Positions 37,483 to 47,656 of a DNA stretch of 64,000 bases are shown one piece after another (positions within the stretch are counted from its first letter, which is position 1; every line of letters begins with the position of its first letter). Location: NCBI GenBank assembly GCA_965208575.1, contig CBDBOV010000003.1, positions 192,001 to 256,000 on the forward strand, given 5' to 3'. The notes beneath the pieces were generated by a model that was given only the letters and a program-made list of their open reading frames with translations, was not told the origin of the DNA and did no database searches. This DNA comes from Spirochaetia bacterium. GTDB lineage: Bacteria; Spirochaetota; Spirochaetia; SZUA-6; Bin103. The translations under genes were made by a program, and so were the position numbers.

Positions 37483-38793
37483 ATGTATCGACACGTTCTA
37501 CTGATGATGGCCGCCGGTCTGCTGGCGGCGATGCCGCTGGCCGCGGCCGGTGACGACGAGGCCGCCGCGCCCGAGAGCGACGAGCCGGTCAAGCTGGTCA
37601 CCACGTTCTGGGGCGGCGCGGTCAAGGCGACGGCGTTCGAGAACTCCGCCAACGCCTACATGGAGCAGCACCCCAACGTGGTGATCGAGCTGATCAACAT
37701 CCCCGGCGGCGACTACAGCAGCAAGCTGCTGGCGATGATCGCGGGCGGCACGCCGCCGGACGTGATCAACATCAACAGCTTCCTGACGCTGGAGCTGGAC
37801 GGCATGCTGGTGGAGCTGACCGACAAGATGGACGACCTGGGCTACTTCGATCCGCAGAACGGCCTCTACCAGGGCTGGTTCACCATGCTGTCCTCGGACG
37901 GCTTCTACGACCGCGGCGAGTCGCTGTACCAGGCGCCGCTCGGTACCGGCACCACCATCCTGGCCTACAACAAGCGGCTGTTCGACGAGGCGGGCGTGGC
38001 CCACCCGACGACCGACTGGACCTGGGAGGGCGAGTTCCTGGCGGCGGCCAAGAAGCTGTCGGAGCCGGAGAACCAGTGGGGCGTCAACGGTATCAACCGT
38101 GGCCGCTTCGGCATCACCGGCGCCGTGCCGGCGGCGTTTGGCGGCACCTTCATCGACACCGAGACCATGACCTTCGCCGGCGACACGCCGGAGACGCTGG
38201 CCGCGCTGGAGTTCATGCAGGACCTGATCTACGAGCACGGCGCCCACCCGACGCCGGCGGAGCAGGAGGCGTTCGGCGGCCAGGTCGGCATGTTCGAGAA
38301 CGGCTCGGCGGCGATGTACATGCTGCACACGTTCGAGATGCCCACCATCTACGACATGCAGGATCCGTGGGACATCCAATTCCTGCCGCAGGGCCCGGCC
38401 GGAAGCTGGGCGCCGCTGTACGGCGGGCGGCTGGCGGTGATGGCGTCGAGCGAGAATCCGGAGCACGGCTGGGAGTTCGTCAACCTGATCAACGGCCCGG
38501 TGGGCCAGGGCTTCTTCAGCATCTCGAGCGGGTTCAACAACCCGCCGCTGCAGCACGTGGCCAACACCGAGGAGTTCCGCACCGGCCCCGAAGGCGCGCC
38601 GCCCAACAACTGGATCCGCGTGGACGCCCTCAAGCAGGCGGTGGTAACCGGGCCGATCGTGCCCAACATCGGGCGCGTCAACACCCTGATCGACGACCAG
38701 CTCGCACTGATTTGGCAGAACGAGGTCACGCCCGAAGAGGCGATGACGAAGATCAAGGCCGAGGTGCAGTCGCTCCTCGACGAGGGCTTCTAG
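37483..38793 (+). CDS. Carbohydrate ABC substrate-binding protein
   Basis: AGGAG RBS, signal peptide, YNKRLFDEAGV..PT.DWTW. Confidence 0.92.
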   Translation: MYRHVLLMMAAGLLAAMPLAAAGDDEAAAPESDEPVKLVTTFWGGAVKATAFENSANAYMEQHPNVVIELINIPGGDYSSKLLAMIAGGTPPDVININSFLTLELDGMLVELTDKMDDLGYFDPQNGLYQGWFTMLSSDGFYDRGESLYQAPLGTGTTILAYNKRLFDEAGVAHPTTDWTWEGEFLAAAKKLSEPENQWGVNGINRGRFGITGAVPAAFGGTFIDTETMTFAGDTPETLAALEFMQDLIYEHGAHPTPAEQEAFGGQVGMFENGSAAMYMLHTFEMPTIYDMQDPWDIQFLPQGPAGSWAPLYGGRLAVMASSENPEHGWEFVNLINGPVGQGFFSISSGFNNPPLQHVANTEEFRTGPEGAPPNNWIRVDALKQAVVTGPIVPNIGRVNTLIDDQLALIWQNEVTPEEAMTKIKAEVQSLLDEGF

Positions 38794-38830
38794 GCAGGTC
38801 GAGTCGGCGAACGCGCGGCGGACGGGCGGC

Positions 38831-39715
38831 GTGACCCCGATCAAGCGGCAGGAGATCATCTCCGCCTACGTGTTCACGGCCCCCTGGTTGATCGGTTTCC
38901 TGGTCTTCCTGGCGGGCCCGATGCTGGGCGCCTTCGTGCTGGCGCTGTACGAGTGGAACGGCATCGGCGCGATGAAGTGGCGCGGGCTGGGCAACTTCTC
39001 GCGCGCGTTCGCCGACTTCGACTTCTGGCAGTCGCTGCGCGTCACCTCCAGCTTCGTGTTCACGGCGCTGCCGGCACGGGTGGTGGTGGCGCTGGCGCTG
39101 GCGCTGCTGGTCAACCGCATCCGCACCAACCAGAACCTGTTCTCGACCGTCATCTTCATCCCGGTGGTGATCCCGGGAGTGGCGCTGGCGATCCTGTTCG
39201 CGCGCGTGCTGAACCCGGAGGTGGGGCTGCTGAACCGCTTCCTGGAGCTGTTCGGCATCATCGGGCCGGGCTGGCTGTTCTCGCCGCAGTGGGCGTTGCC
39301 GGGGCTCGGGCTGATGTTCCTGTGGCAGTCGGGCGGCGCGATGATCCTGTACATCATCGGGCTGGAGGCGATTCCGGGCGAACTGGTGGAGGCGGCGGCG
39401 ATCGACGGCGCGGGCGCCTGGCGGCGCTTCCTGCGCATCACGCTGCCGCTGCTGACGCCGATCATCCTGTTCAACCTGATCGTGGGGGTAATCGGCAACT
39501 TCCAGTACTTCGCGCCGGTGTTCGTGATGACGCAGGGCGGCCCCAACAAGGCGACGCTGTTCTTCGTGTTCAACGTCTACCGCACCGCGTTCCAGTACTT
39601 CGAGTTCGGCTACGCCTCCGCGCTCACCGTGGTGCTGTTCTTCCTGATCGCGCTGATGACCTTCGGGCTGCTGCGCAGCTCGCGCGCCTGGGTGTTCTAC
39701 CGCGGTGCGGCGTAA
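38831..39715 (+). CDS. Carbohydrate ABC permease
   Basis: EAAAIDGA, TQGGP, FEFGYASA. Confidence 0.93.
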   Translation: MTPIKRQEIISAYVFTAPWLIGFLVFLAGPMLGAFVLALYEWNGIGAMKWRGLGNFSRAFADFDFWQSLRVTSSFVFTALPARVVVALALALLVNRIRTNQNLFSTVIFIPVVIPGVALAILFARVLNPEVGLLNRFLELFGIIGPGWLFSPQWALPGLGLMFLWQSGGAMILYIIGLEAIPGELVEAAAIDGAGAWRRFLRITLPLLTPIILFNLIVGVIGNFQYFAPVFVMTQGGPNKATLFFVFNVYRTAFQYFEFGYASALTVVLFFLIALMTFGLLRSSRAWVFYRGAA

Positions 39716-39766
39716 GCGCGGCAGCGGACCGGCGGGCGGCGGCGTGCTGCCGATAGGGCGGGGCTG

Positions 39767-40630
39767 ATGCCCGCGACGCTGTCGGGGGCGCGCTCGCGCC
39801 ACGCGGTGGGCCAGGTCGGCACCTACCTGGTGGTGGTGGCCATCGTGCTCGCGGTGCTGATTCCGCTGTTCTGGATGGTCTCGGCCAGCCTCAAGACACA
39901 GAACGAGGTGTACGACTTCAAGTGGCTGCCGCAGGTGCCGCAGTGGCACAACTACGTGGTGGGGCTCACCACCTTCGAGTTCGGGCGCTATTTCCTGAAC
40001 ACCATCCTGGTCACCGGCATCAACGTGGTCGCCGGCGGCATCGTGGCGTCGTGGACGGCGTTCGCGCTGGCGCGGCTGGAGTTCCCCGGCCGCAACCTTA
40101 TCTTCGCGCTCGTGCTCGGCACCATGATGCTGCCGTTCGCGGCCTACATGATCCCGAGCTTCGTGCTGTTCCGCTGGCTCGGCTGGATCGACACCTACAC
40201 CGTGCTCACGGTGCCGTTCTTTCTCGCCGTGCCCGGCTTCTTCGTGTTCCTGATCCGCCAGTACTACATGACCATCCCGCGCGAGTTCGACGACTCGGCC
40301 AAGATGGACGGCTGCAACTTCTTCAAGATCTACTGGTACCTGCTGCTGCCGCTGTCGCGCCCGGCGCTCACCACCGTCGGCATCTACATCTTCCTGGCCA
40401 ACTGGGAGGACCTGATCCGCCCGGTGCTGTTCATCAACAGCAAGGAGATGCGCACCGTGAGCGTCGGCCTCGCGCTGCTCAGCGAGTCCACCGAGCAGGC
40501 CCCGGAGCACCACCTGATGATGGCGGTGTCGGTGATCTTCATCATTGTCCCGATCGTGATCTTCCTGATGTTCCAGCGCTACTTCCGCCAAATGGGCGAA
40601 GGCGGCCTCGACACCGTATCGATCAAGTGA
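39767..40630 (+). CDS. Carbohydrate ABC permease
   Basis: IPREFDDSAKMDG, FQRYF. Confidence 0.92.
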   Translation: MPATLSGARSRHAVGQVGTYLVVVAIVLAVLIPLFWMVSASLKTQNEVYDFKWLPQVPQWHNYVVGLTTFEFGRYFLNTILVTGINVVAGGIVASWTAFALARLEFPGRNLIFALVLGTMMLPFAAYMIPSFVLFRWLGWIDTYTVLTVPFFLAVPGFFVFLIRQYYMTIPREFDDSAKMDGCNFFKIYWYLLLPLSRPALTTVGIYIFLANWEDLIRPVLFINSKEMRTVSVGLALLSESTEQAPEHHLMMAVSVIFIIVPIVIFLMFQRYFRQMGEGGLDTVSIK

Positions 40631-41666
40631 CCGGAGCACGTCCCCGTGTGCGCGCTACGGCGCCGGCGCCGACTGGATCGACGCCGATCCGGTAGCGGGG
40701 CTGCAACGGCCGCTGCGGCTCGAGCGGGAGGCCGCGCCGCGATCCTCGGTTCGTGCCCGCGGCAGCAGGGGTATCTTGGACGGGGAGGGCGCGGATCGGG
40801 ATGGTGCGTATGCCGGCGGGTGGCGTGCGGCGGCGGCCGGCGAGGGCGAGGAGCCGGGCCACGCGCTCGCCGGTCGGGGGGTGGCTGTCGGTGAGCCGTG
40901 CCCGCGCGGGGGCGGCGGGATAGCCGAACATCAGCTCCCACCAGGTGCGGCGGCGCTGCTCCAGGGAGACGAGGGCGGATGCCAGGCCGCGCGGGTCTCC
41001 GCTCAGGGCGCCGGCAGCGCGGTCGGCGTTGAATTCGCGCGAGCGGGCCAGGGCCATCTGCAGCAGGCCGCTCAGGGTGGGCGCCGCCAGCATCAGCAGC
41101 ACGACAGGCAGCGGCACGCTGACCACGCCGCCGGCGAGGGCGGGCAGGGTAAACAGCAGTCCGAGGCCGCCGGCCAGGGCCAGGGCGCCGGTGAAGCGGC
41201 GCATGATGCCGGCCAGGCTGGCCAGCCAGATGTCGTTGGCCTGGATGTGGGCGACTTCGTGCGCCAGCACGCCGCGCACTTCGCGCCGGCCCAGGGACCG
41301 CACCAGCGCGTCGGTCACCGCGACGGCGGCATCGTCGCGCGTGCCCATGGTCATGGCGTTGGGCTGCGGCGCACGCAGCAGGAACAGGGCCGGGGTGCGC
41401 AGGCCGGCGCGCGCGGCCAGTTCGGCGACCTGCCCGTACAGCCACGGCGCCCGGTACGCATCGAGCGGAATGGCGCCGAGGCGCAGCATGTTGGTGGCGG
41501 CCGACCCGCGCGGGAGTGCGCCGATCAGCAGCGCCGCGCCGATGCCGAGCGCGATCAACAGCCCGGCGGCGCCGAACAGGGAGTAGCCGACCAGGATCAG
41601 CAGCGTCGCCATCGCCAGCAGGTAGACGCCGGCGGCGAGCGGAGCGGAGATGGTAGCAGGTCTCAT
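40623..41666 (-). CDS. HtpX-like M48 membrane zinc metalloprotease
   Basis: PNA, LAHEVAH, SRSREFNAD, SHP. Confidence 0.88.
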   Translation of the reverse strand: MRPATISAPLAAGVYLLAMATLLILVGYSLFGAAGLLIALGIGAALLIGALPRGSAATNMLRLGAIPLDAYRAPWLYGQVAELAARAGLRTPALFLLRAPQPNAMTMGTRDDAAVAVTDALVRSLGRREVRGVLAHEVAHIQANDIWLASLAGIMRRFTGALALAGGLGLLFTLPALAGGVVSVPLPVVLLMLAAPTLSGLLQMALARSREFNADRAAGALSGDPRGLASALVSLEQRRRTWWELMFGYPAAPARARLTDSHPPTGERVARLLALAGRRRTPPAGIRTIPIRALPVQDTPAAAGTNRGSRRGLPLEPQRPLQPRYRIGVDPVGAGAVARTRGRAPVT

Positions 41667-41886
41667 GGTTGCATTCTCCTGCGGACCACGATGCAAACTC
41701 CGTGCCACCAGGGATCAGCGACAGGCATGAGTGATTCCCGGCCTCGCAGCGGCTTCGTTTCGGGGCTGCTGCCGGCGATTCGCGTCCGCCGACGCGCCGC
41801 TGGGAAGAAATGATCCAACATGGTGCGAAGGCGCGGTGCGGGTGGTTCAGCTTGACCGGCAGGCGGCACGTGACGCTCATTGCTTC

Positions 41887-43878
41887 ATGCTGCTTGCCGA
41901 ACCGCTTCCGGAGCGCATGCGCGCCTGGCAGATCAAGGGAACCGGCTTCGAACGCTTCGGATGCGGAGACGCCCCCGACGAGATTCCGTTTCCGCACCAC
42001 GGCGAGGACGACGTGGTGGCGCGCGTGGACGCGGTCGGCGTCTGTTTCTCCGACGCCAAGCTGGTGCGCGCGGGCTCCGGCCACGCCAGGCTGCGCGGCC
42101 GCGACCTGGCGGCGCGGCCGGTAACGCCGGGGCACGAGGTGGCGCTCACCGTGGTCGGGGTCGGGGAGCGGCGCCGCGGCCAGGTGCGGCTGGGCGGGCG
42201 CTACATCCTGCAGCCGGATGTCTACTACCGCGGACGTACGCTGGCGGTAGGCTACCAGCTCGCCGGCGCGCTGGCCGAGTACGTGGTGCTCGGCACGGAG
42301 GTGCTGGACGGTGACGAAGGCTGTTACCTGGTGGCGCTGCCCGACCAGGTGGGTACGGTCGAGGCCGCGCTGATCGAGCCCTGGACCTGCGTGGTGGCAG
42401 CCTACCGGATCGCCGCCCGCACCCATCTGCGCAGCGGTGGAACACTGCGCCTGACGGGATTCGCAGATCAGCCGCCGCTCGACCTTGCCGGCGTACCGTT
42501 CGGCGCGGTTCCGGAGCGGCTCGGCGTGCCGCTGCCGCCGCCCGAGCCGGATGCTCCGCCGCCGCGGCAGGTGGACGCCGGGGGGCTGAACCGCGCCAAC
42601 CGGGCGGCCGTCGGGGCGTGGTGCGCGCGACTGGGCATCCCGCTGGAGTGCCGGGACGAGCCTGTTCCGCGCGGCGCCGACGACGTGGTGATTGCCGGCA
42701 CGCCGCCCGGAGACCGGTGGATGGCGCGGTTGTTCGCGGACCTGCCGCGCCACGCCGTGGTCAGCGTGCACGTCGCCGACGCCGCCGGCGGCGAACGGCG
42801 CCGGCTGGCGTGCGACATCGGGCGCATCCACTACCAGGGCATTCGCGTGGTAGGGCGCGGCGACGGCAGCGTGGCGCAGGCATACGCGGGTGCGGCGCGC
42901 GAAGGCCTGGCGCCGGGCGGGCGGGCGTGGTTCGTGGGCGGCGGCGGCCCGATGGGCCAGATGCACGTGCTGCTCGCCCTGTCGCAGCCGCATCCGCCGG
43001 CAACGGTGCTGGTTACCGATCTGTCCGAGCGGCGGCTGGCTGCGCTCGGCGAGCGCATCGCGGCACTGGGCCTGCCCATGCCCCACCTGCTGCAGGTCGG
43101 CGGCGAGGGAGATTTCCTGCAACAGCGAGTGTCCGGCCTCGCCGGTGACGGGTTCGACGATGTCGTGCTGCTGGCACCTTCCGTCGCCGCGGCCGAACAG
43201 GCGGCGCCGTTCCTGCGTGCCGGCGGCTACCTGAACGTGTTTGCCGGCGTGGCGGAGGGCAGCGTGGCGCGCATCCCGCTGCACCTGGTCGCCGGCGGCG
43301 GCGTGCGCGTGGCGGGTACCACCGGGTCTCCGCTCGCGGTCACGCAGCAGACCCTGGCGCGGGTAGCGGACGGCACGCTGCACACCGCCTCCGTGCTTGG
43401 CGCCCTGGCCGACCTCGGTCACGGCGGCGCGGCGGTGCGGGCGGTGGCCGAGGGGCGCATCACCGGCAAGGTGGTGGTGCTGCCGTTTGCCCGCGGCCTC
43501 GGGTTCAGGACGCTGGACGAACTGGCCGCCGAGCGCCCGGAGTGGCGCCGCGCGCTGGGCAGTGGATGCCGCTGGACCTCCGCGGCAGAGGAGTTGTGCC
43601 GGGCCGCGTTCGGCTATGCCGGCGGGCCGGGCGGCACGTCCCGCGGCCGGTCGGGTGCATCGCCGGCGGCAGGCGGTGTCGTTCCCGGTTCGCCGGACGG
43701 CTCGTCCTGTTCCGGCGGTGCGTCACCGGCGGCCGGCGGAGCGGGATCGGCATCGGATGGCGCGGCGTCCGGTGCGCCGGGCGCGGACCCGGCGGTGGCC
43801 GGCTCGGCTCCGGGGATGGCCAACTCGGCCGGCCCGCCGCCCGTGCACCCGGGGGCGGGGCAGGAGCCTTCCTCGTAG
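41887..43878 (+). CDS. Long MDR/Zn alcohol dehydrogenase (sorbose-1-phosphate reductase-like)
   Basis: GVCFSD, PGHE, EPWTC, GGGGPMG; last ~85 aa are low complexity and overlap the opposite gene. Confidence 0.8.
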   Translation: MLLAEPLPERMRAWQIKGTGFERFGCGDAPDEIPFPHHGEDDVVARVDAVGVCFSDAKLVRAGSGHARLRGRDLAARPVTPGHEVALTVVGVGERRRGQVRLGGRYILQPDVYYRGRTLAVGYQLAGALAEYVVLGTEVLDGDEGCYLVALPDQVGTVEAALIEPWTCVVAAYRIAARTHLRSGGTLRLTGFADQPPLDLAGVPFGAVPERLGVPLPPPEPDAPPPRQVDAGGLNRANRAAVGAWCARLGIPLECRDEPVPRGADDVVIAGTPPGDRWMARLFADLPRHAVVSVHVADAAGGERRRLACDIGRIHYQGIRVVGRGDGSVAQAYAGAAREGLAPGGRAWFVGGGGPMGQMHVLLALSQPHPPATVLVTDLSERRLAALGERIAALGLPMPHLLQVGGEGDFLQQRVSGLAGDGFDDVVLLAPSVAAAEQAAPFLRAGGYLNVFAGVAEGSVARIPLHLVAGGGVRVAGTTGSPLAVTQQTLARVADGTLHTASVLGALADLGHGGAAVRAVAEGRITGKVVVLPFARGLGFRTLDELAAERPEWRRALGSGCRWTSAAEELCRAAFGYAGGPGGTSRGRSGASPAAGGVVPGSPDGSSCSGGASPAAGGAGSASDGAASGAPGADPAVAGSAPGMANSAGPPPVHPGAGQEPSS

Positions 43879-44225
43879 CGGGCGGTGGCGGCGGCGTCGA
43901 GACCGAAGGTGATGCGCACCGGCAGGCGGACGCCGCAGTACCGGCAATGGGTCGGGAATGCCGTGAGTTTCTTGCGCAGCAGGTAGACTACCCCCGCGGC
44001 CGCGACGAACGGCAGGACGCCGGTCCAGTCGGGCGCGCCGATACGTATCAGGAACAGCACCGCGATCCACATGCCGAGCACCATGCCGGCCCCCAGCATG
44101 GTGACGGTGCGGCGCGCGGCGCTCGGCGAGCCGGTACCGGGCCGGGTCAGGCCGCGCTGAAACTGGCTGAGCAGCAGTATGGCGATCAGTACGAAGGGCA
44201 GGTATTGAGAGAGCTTGGCAAGCAT
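43614..44225 (-). CDS. Membrane protein (3 TM) with Cys motif and Pro/Ala/Asp-rich tail
   Basis: AGGAGG RBS; hydrophobic helices; CRYC...CPAPGC. Confidence 0.7.
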   Translation of the reverse strand: MLAKLSQYLPFVLIAILLLSQFQRGLTRPGTGSPSAARRTVTMLGAGMVLGMWIAVLFLIRIGAPDWTGVLPFVAAAGVVYLLRKKLTAFPTHCRYCGVRLPVRITFGLDAAATARYEEGSCPAPGCTGGGPAELAIPGAEPATAGSAPGAPDAAPSDADPAPPAAGDAPPEQDEPSGEPGTTPPAAGDAPDRPRDVPPGPPA

Positions 44226-44241
44226 CGGTAATCCTCCTGGT

Positions 44242-45858
44242 TCAACGCTCCATGAGCAGCCGCAGCGCGGCAGGTTTTGCGAACGTACGCTGCACGGCAG
44301 CGGGGTCGATGACGGGGTGTGGTGCGCCGTCCGCGGGCGGCGTCCGGCACGCTCCTCCGCAGGCCCGCAGCGGCGCGAGCAGCGCGGCGGCGCGCCGGGC
44401 GAACACCGCCTCGCCGAACGCCGCCTCGATCGCCGGGGCGCGGTCGGGAAGCGGCTGGTGCGGCAGCGCCCGCACGGTGTCGAGCAACGCGGCGTTGGCG
44501 CAGCGCAACTCGCGCGCCACTCCCTGGTCGCCGCAGCGCCGCAGCAGGTCGGCCTGTTGCGCGGCGCCGAGGTAGGAGAAGTCCACGGTGTCGCCCGACA
44601 GGATGGTGTCGAGTTCGGCGTGCAGGTGTTGGCCGGCGGCCGCCGGGAGCGAGCGCGCGGCGCGCTCCGCGGCCGGTTGGTAGGCGGCGCGCAGGGCGCT
44701 ACGCTCGCCGCTCGTCAGCGGACAGCGCACGGCATCGTAGACGGCAGCCGGGTAGCCGTCGAGCAGCGCCTGCAGGTCGTCGAGCACCGGCAGACGGCGG
44801 GCCAGCAGGGGACGCCGCCACTGCATGGCGTTGACGAACTGGAATCCGAACCCCTCTTCCACCGACGGCGAGACGACCAGGTGGGCCGCGGCCAGCAGGT
44901 CGTCGAAAGCCAGCCCGAGCGCGTCCAGCCGATCGCCGACGCCGTACAGGCCGGGGATGGCGCCGTCGCCGTACAGCCGTTCTACTGCGCGCGAATACGG
45001 GGTCTCGGCAGCGGATGAGGCGGGCAGGGTAACCACCAGGTTGGCGCCGGCGAGCCGTGCCAGCAGGCCCGCCTCCAGCACGTTCTTGCGGCGCCGCACC
45101 CGTACCGGGTAGAGCCACAGGGGCCGTCCGGAATCGAGCGTGCCGGTCCCGGCCGGGGGGCCGGCCGCGCCGGCCTCCGCCAACCTGGCGCGCGCCTCCC
45201 GCGCGGCTGCCGCGGCGGGCGCCGGAACCGGCGCGGCCGGCCGCACCGGGTTGCCGAGCAGCGCGATGCGTTCGTCCGGACAGCCGGCGCCGGCCAAAGC
45301 GCGATGGTCGCGCCGGTTCAGCACCGCGTAGCGCACGTTGTCGCCGCCGGGGTAGGGAGAAGCGGGCACCTCGTCCTGCAGGCGCGCCAGGTTCGCCGGC
45401 CGCGCGTTCTCCGGAAAGTCGTGGATCTGCAGAATCATCGGTTGGCCGGCGGCGGCGGCCAGCAGAACGGCTCCGGTAAGGCGCGTGTTCTTGGCCAGGT
45501 GATGGTTGTGGATCCACCACACACCGTCGCCGAAGCGGTTGCGGAGCAGGTCGGCGAGTTGCCGCTGCCCGGCGCAGGTAGCGGGCGCATCGTCGTACCC
45601 CACCGCGTCGAGGCGGCGCCGGTCGACCGGGGTGTCGAGCCCCCCGTCGTCCTCGCCGCCGGCGACCACCACCACGCGCGACAACTCCGGGATCAGGTGC
45701 CGATGGGCGAGCAGGGCGCGCGTGCCGTCGCGGATCACCGTGGTGACGCCGCCGGGCAGCAGGTGGTAGTGGAATACGTACAACTTCAACGGGCGCCCTC
45801 GCTCGCCTTGATGGTACCAGTTTCGCCGTGAACTCGCAGGCGGCGCAAGCTCGGCCAC
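44242..45858 (-). CDS. GT-B glycosyltransferase (family 4-like)
   Basis: HYHLLPGGVTTV, RKN, EGFGFQFVNA; start uncertain. Confidence 0.8.
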   Translation of the reverse strand: MAELAPPASSRRNWYHQGERGRPLKLYVFHYHLLPGGVTTVIRDGTRALLAHRHLIPELSRVVVVAGGEDDGGLDTPVDRRRLDAVGYDDAPATCAGQRQLADLLRNRFGDGVWWIHNHHLAKNTRLTGAVLLAAAAGQPMILQIHDFPENARPANLARLQDEVPASPYPGGDNVRYAVLNRRDHRALAGAGCPDERIALLGNPVRPAAPVPAPAAAAAREARARLAEAGAAGPPAGTGTLDSGRPLWLYPVRVRRRKNVLEAGLLARLAGANLVVTLPASSAAETPYSRAVERLYGDGAIPGLYGVGDRLDALGLAFDDLLAAAHLVVSPSVEEGFGFQFVNAMQWRRPLLARRLPVLDDLQALLDGYPAAVYDAVRCPLTSGERSALRAAYQPAAERAARSLPAAAGQHLHAELDTILSGDTVDFSYLGAAQQADLLRRCGDQGVARELRCANAALLDTVRALPHQPLPDRAPAIEAAFGEAVFARRAAALLAPLRACGGACRTPPADGAPHPVIDPAAVQRTFAKPAALRLLMER

Positions 45859-45897
45859 GGCGCGGCGTCCCGGGACGATCGAGGCGTGGCGGCTGTC

Positions 45898-47553
45898 CTA
45901 GTCGGACTCCGCTTCCTGCAACTTCTCGGCCTCTTTCTTGATTTCGTCCATCAACACGACCAGGTCGAGCAGGTTCTGGCTCTCGACGGTACCGACGAAG
46001 TCGCCCGATTCGCGGTCATTGATCGGCATCACGGCCAGCGAGTGTTCGTTCATCCGTTCCATCACGTCGACGATCAGCTCGTCGGACCATGCCGCGGGTA
46101 TCTTGGCCCGCAGCACCTCCGCCAGGGTCGTGGTCGCGCGCTTGTCCTTGGCGGTCGAACGGATCTTGCTCAGTGACACGATACCGGCCACCTTGCCGTC
46201 GTCGACCACCACGTAGTCGCGCTCCTTCGGCACCACCCAGTCGTCGGTGAAACTCTGTACCGTCACGTCCGGCGCCGGGTAGGCGCGGGTGCGGTCGAGA
46301 ACGGAACTCACCTTGACGTCGCCGAGCGCCGCGCGGACGTAGGAGAGCGGCACCGACTGCGGCAGCTCGGCGGTGCTGGTCAGGCGGGTTCGCTTGATCG
46401 CGAAGCCGATGATCGGCGGCATGAACAGGATGTAGCCGAACATGATGAGCACGAACAGCGAGAACACGTCCTGCCCGATCACCCCGAATTCGAGCAGGAC
46501 CAGGAGCAGCGCGATTTCGGCAACCCCCTTCGACATCAACCCGGTGGCGAGCGTGAACGGCGCCTCGATGCGGGTCAGGTAGGTGCTGAGGAACGCCCCC
46601 ACGAACTTGCCCACCAGCGGTATCACCGCCAGCGCGGCAATCGTGGCCAGCGGCAGGGCGGTGAAGGAGAGGTCGAACTGCAGGCCGGCCGAGGCGAAGA
46701 ACAGCGGCACGAACAGCCCTTCCGACGCACTGCGCATCCCCGGCATGATCTCCCAGTGGACGCGCTGCGGCAGTCCGGACAGCGCGACCCCGAACAACAG
46801 CGCCCCGATCGTGCCGTGCAGGCCGATCTTCTCGGCCCCCACCACGATCAGGAACAGCCCGCCGAGCAGCAGTCCGAACGACAGCTCGGGAACGTTCAGG
46901 AAGCGCTGCAGAAACAGGATCGCCGGCGGCAGCACCCGGGTGGACAGCACCCAGGTGATCACCACGAACCCGAAGATCTGCAGCAGCAGGGTGACCATCC
47001 CCATCAGGCTCGGTTCGTGGTGTTCGCCGATGGTGAACCCGACCACCAGCAGCGCGGCCACCTCGGCGATCGCCACGATGGTGAAGATCTTCAGGCCGAT
47101 CGGTTCCTTGAGGTGGCCGGAGTCGGCAAGCACCTTGGCCACCAGCCCGAGGCTCGACAGCGACAGGATGCCGGCCAGCGCCAGTGCCTCGGTGAAATGC
47201 AGGCCGAGCGCGAACGGGAGTCCGGCAAGATCGGAGGTGACCAGCATGGCGGCCGCCAGCGAGATGATCACCGACAGCACCGCGGCCACGAAGTAGCGCC
47301 CGCGGATGGTGGCGACGAACCCCTGAATGTCGATCTCGTCGAGACCGACCAGGAAGAACAGCACGAAGATGCCGAGCCCGAGGAACAACTGAATCTCGGG
47401 CGACGGCTGCACGATTCCGAGCACCGGTCCGAGGAGGAGGCCGGTCGCGGTGTAGGCGATGATGGAACTCAGCCCGAAGCGCCCGAGGAAGCCTTCGACC
47501 AGCTTCGCCACGACGATGAGAAGACCAAGTGGGAGCAGAACGTCCAGCAACAT
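45898..47553 (-). CDS. CPA2-type cation:proton antiporter with C-terminal CBS pair
   Basis: About 12 TM helices, PLFFASAG, KGVAE; CBS-like C-terminus. Confidence 0.9.
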   Translation of the reverse strand: MLLDVLLPLGLLIVVAKLVEGFLGRFGLSSIIAYTATGLLLGPVLGIVQPSPEIQLFLGLGIFVLFFLVGLDEIDIQGFVATIRGRYFVAAVLSVIISLAAAMLVTSDLAGLPFALGLHFTEALALAGILSLSSLGLVAKVLADSGHLKEPIGLKIFTIVAIAEVAALLVVGFTIGEHHEPSLMGMVTLLLQIFGFVVITWVLSTRVLPPAILFLQRFLNVPELSFGLLLGGLFLIVVGAEKIGLHGTIGALLFGVALSGLPQRVHWEIMPGMRSASEGLFVPLFFASAGLQFDLSFTALPLATIAALAVIPLVGKFVGAFLSTYLTRIEAPFTLATGLMSKGVAEIALLLVLLEFGVIGQDVFSLFVLIMFGYILFMPPIIGFAIKRTRLTSTAELPQSVPLSYVRAALGDVKVSSVLDRTRAYPAPDVTVQSFTDDWVVPKERDYVVVDDGKVAGIVSLSKIRSTAKDKRATTTLAEVLRAKIPAAWSDELIVDVMERMNEHSLAVMPINDRESGDFVGTVESQNLLDLVVLMDEIKKEAEKLQEAESD

Positions 47554-47656
47554 GTTATGGAAACCTTATCCGTCTATCGAGCATTGCGATACTGAATCCT
47601 ATTATGCCCAGACTGCACGCGGCGTCCAGTTATCGTCCGAACCGCTTGCCGGGGTG

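Noticed and set aside
40579-43422. 947-aa minus-strand ORF and other long ORF-track entries (e.g. 4345-6435, 6576-8537, 49561-51627, 54698-56602)
   Set aside because: Shadow ORFs antisense or out of frame to well-supported genes, as expected in ~70% GC DNA; Arg/Gly/Ala/Pro-rich with no motifs.
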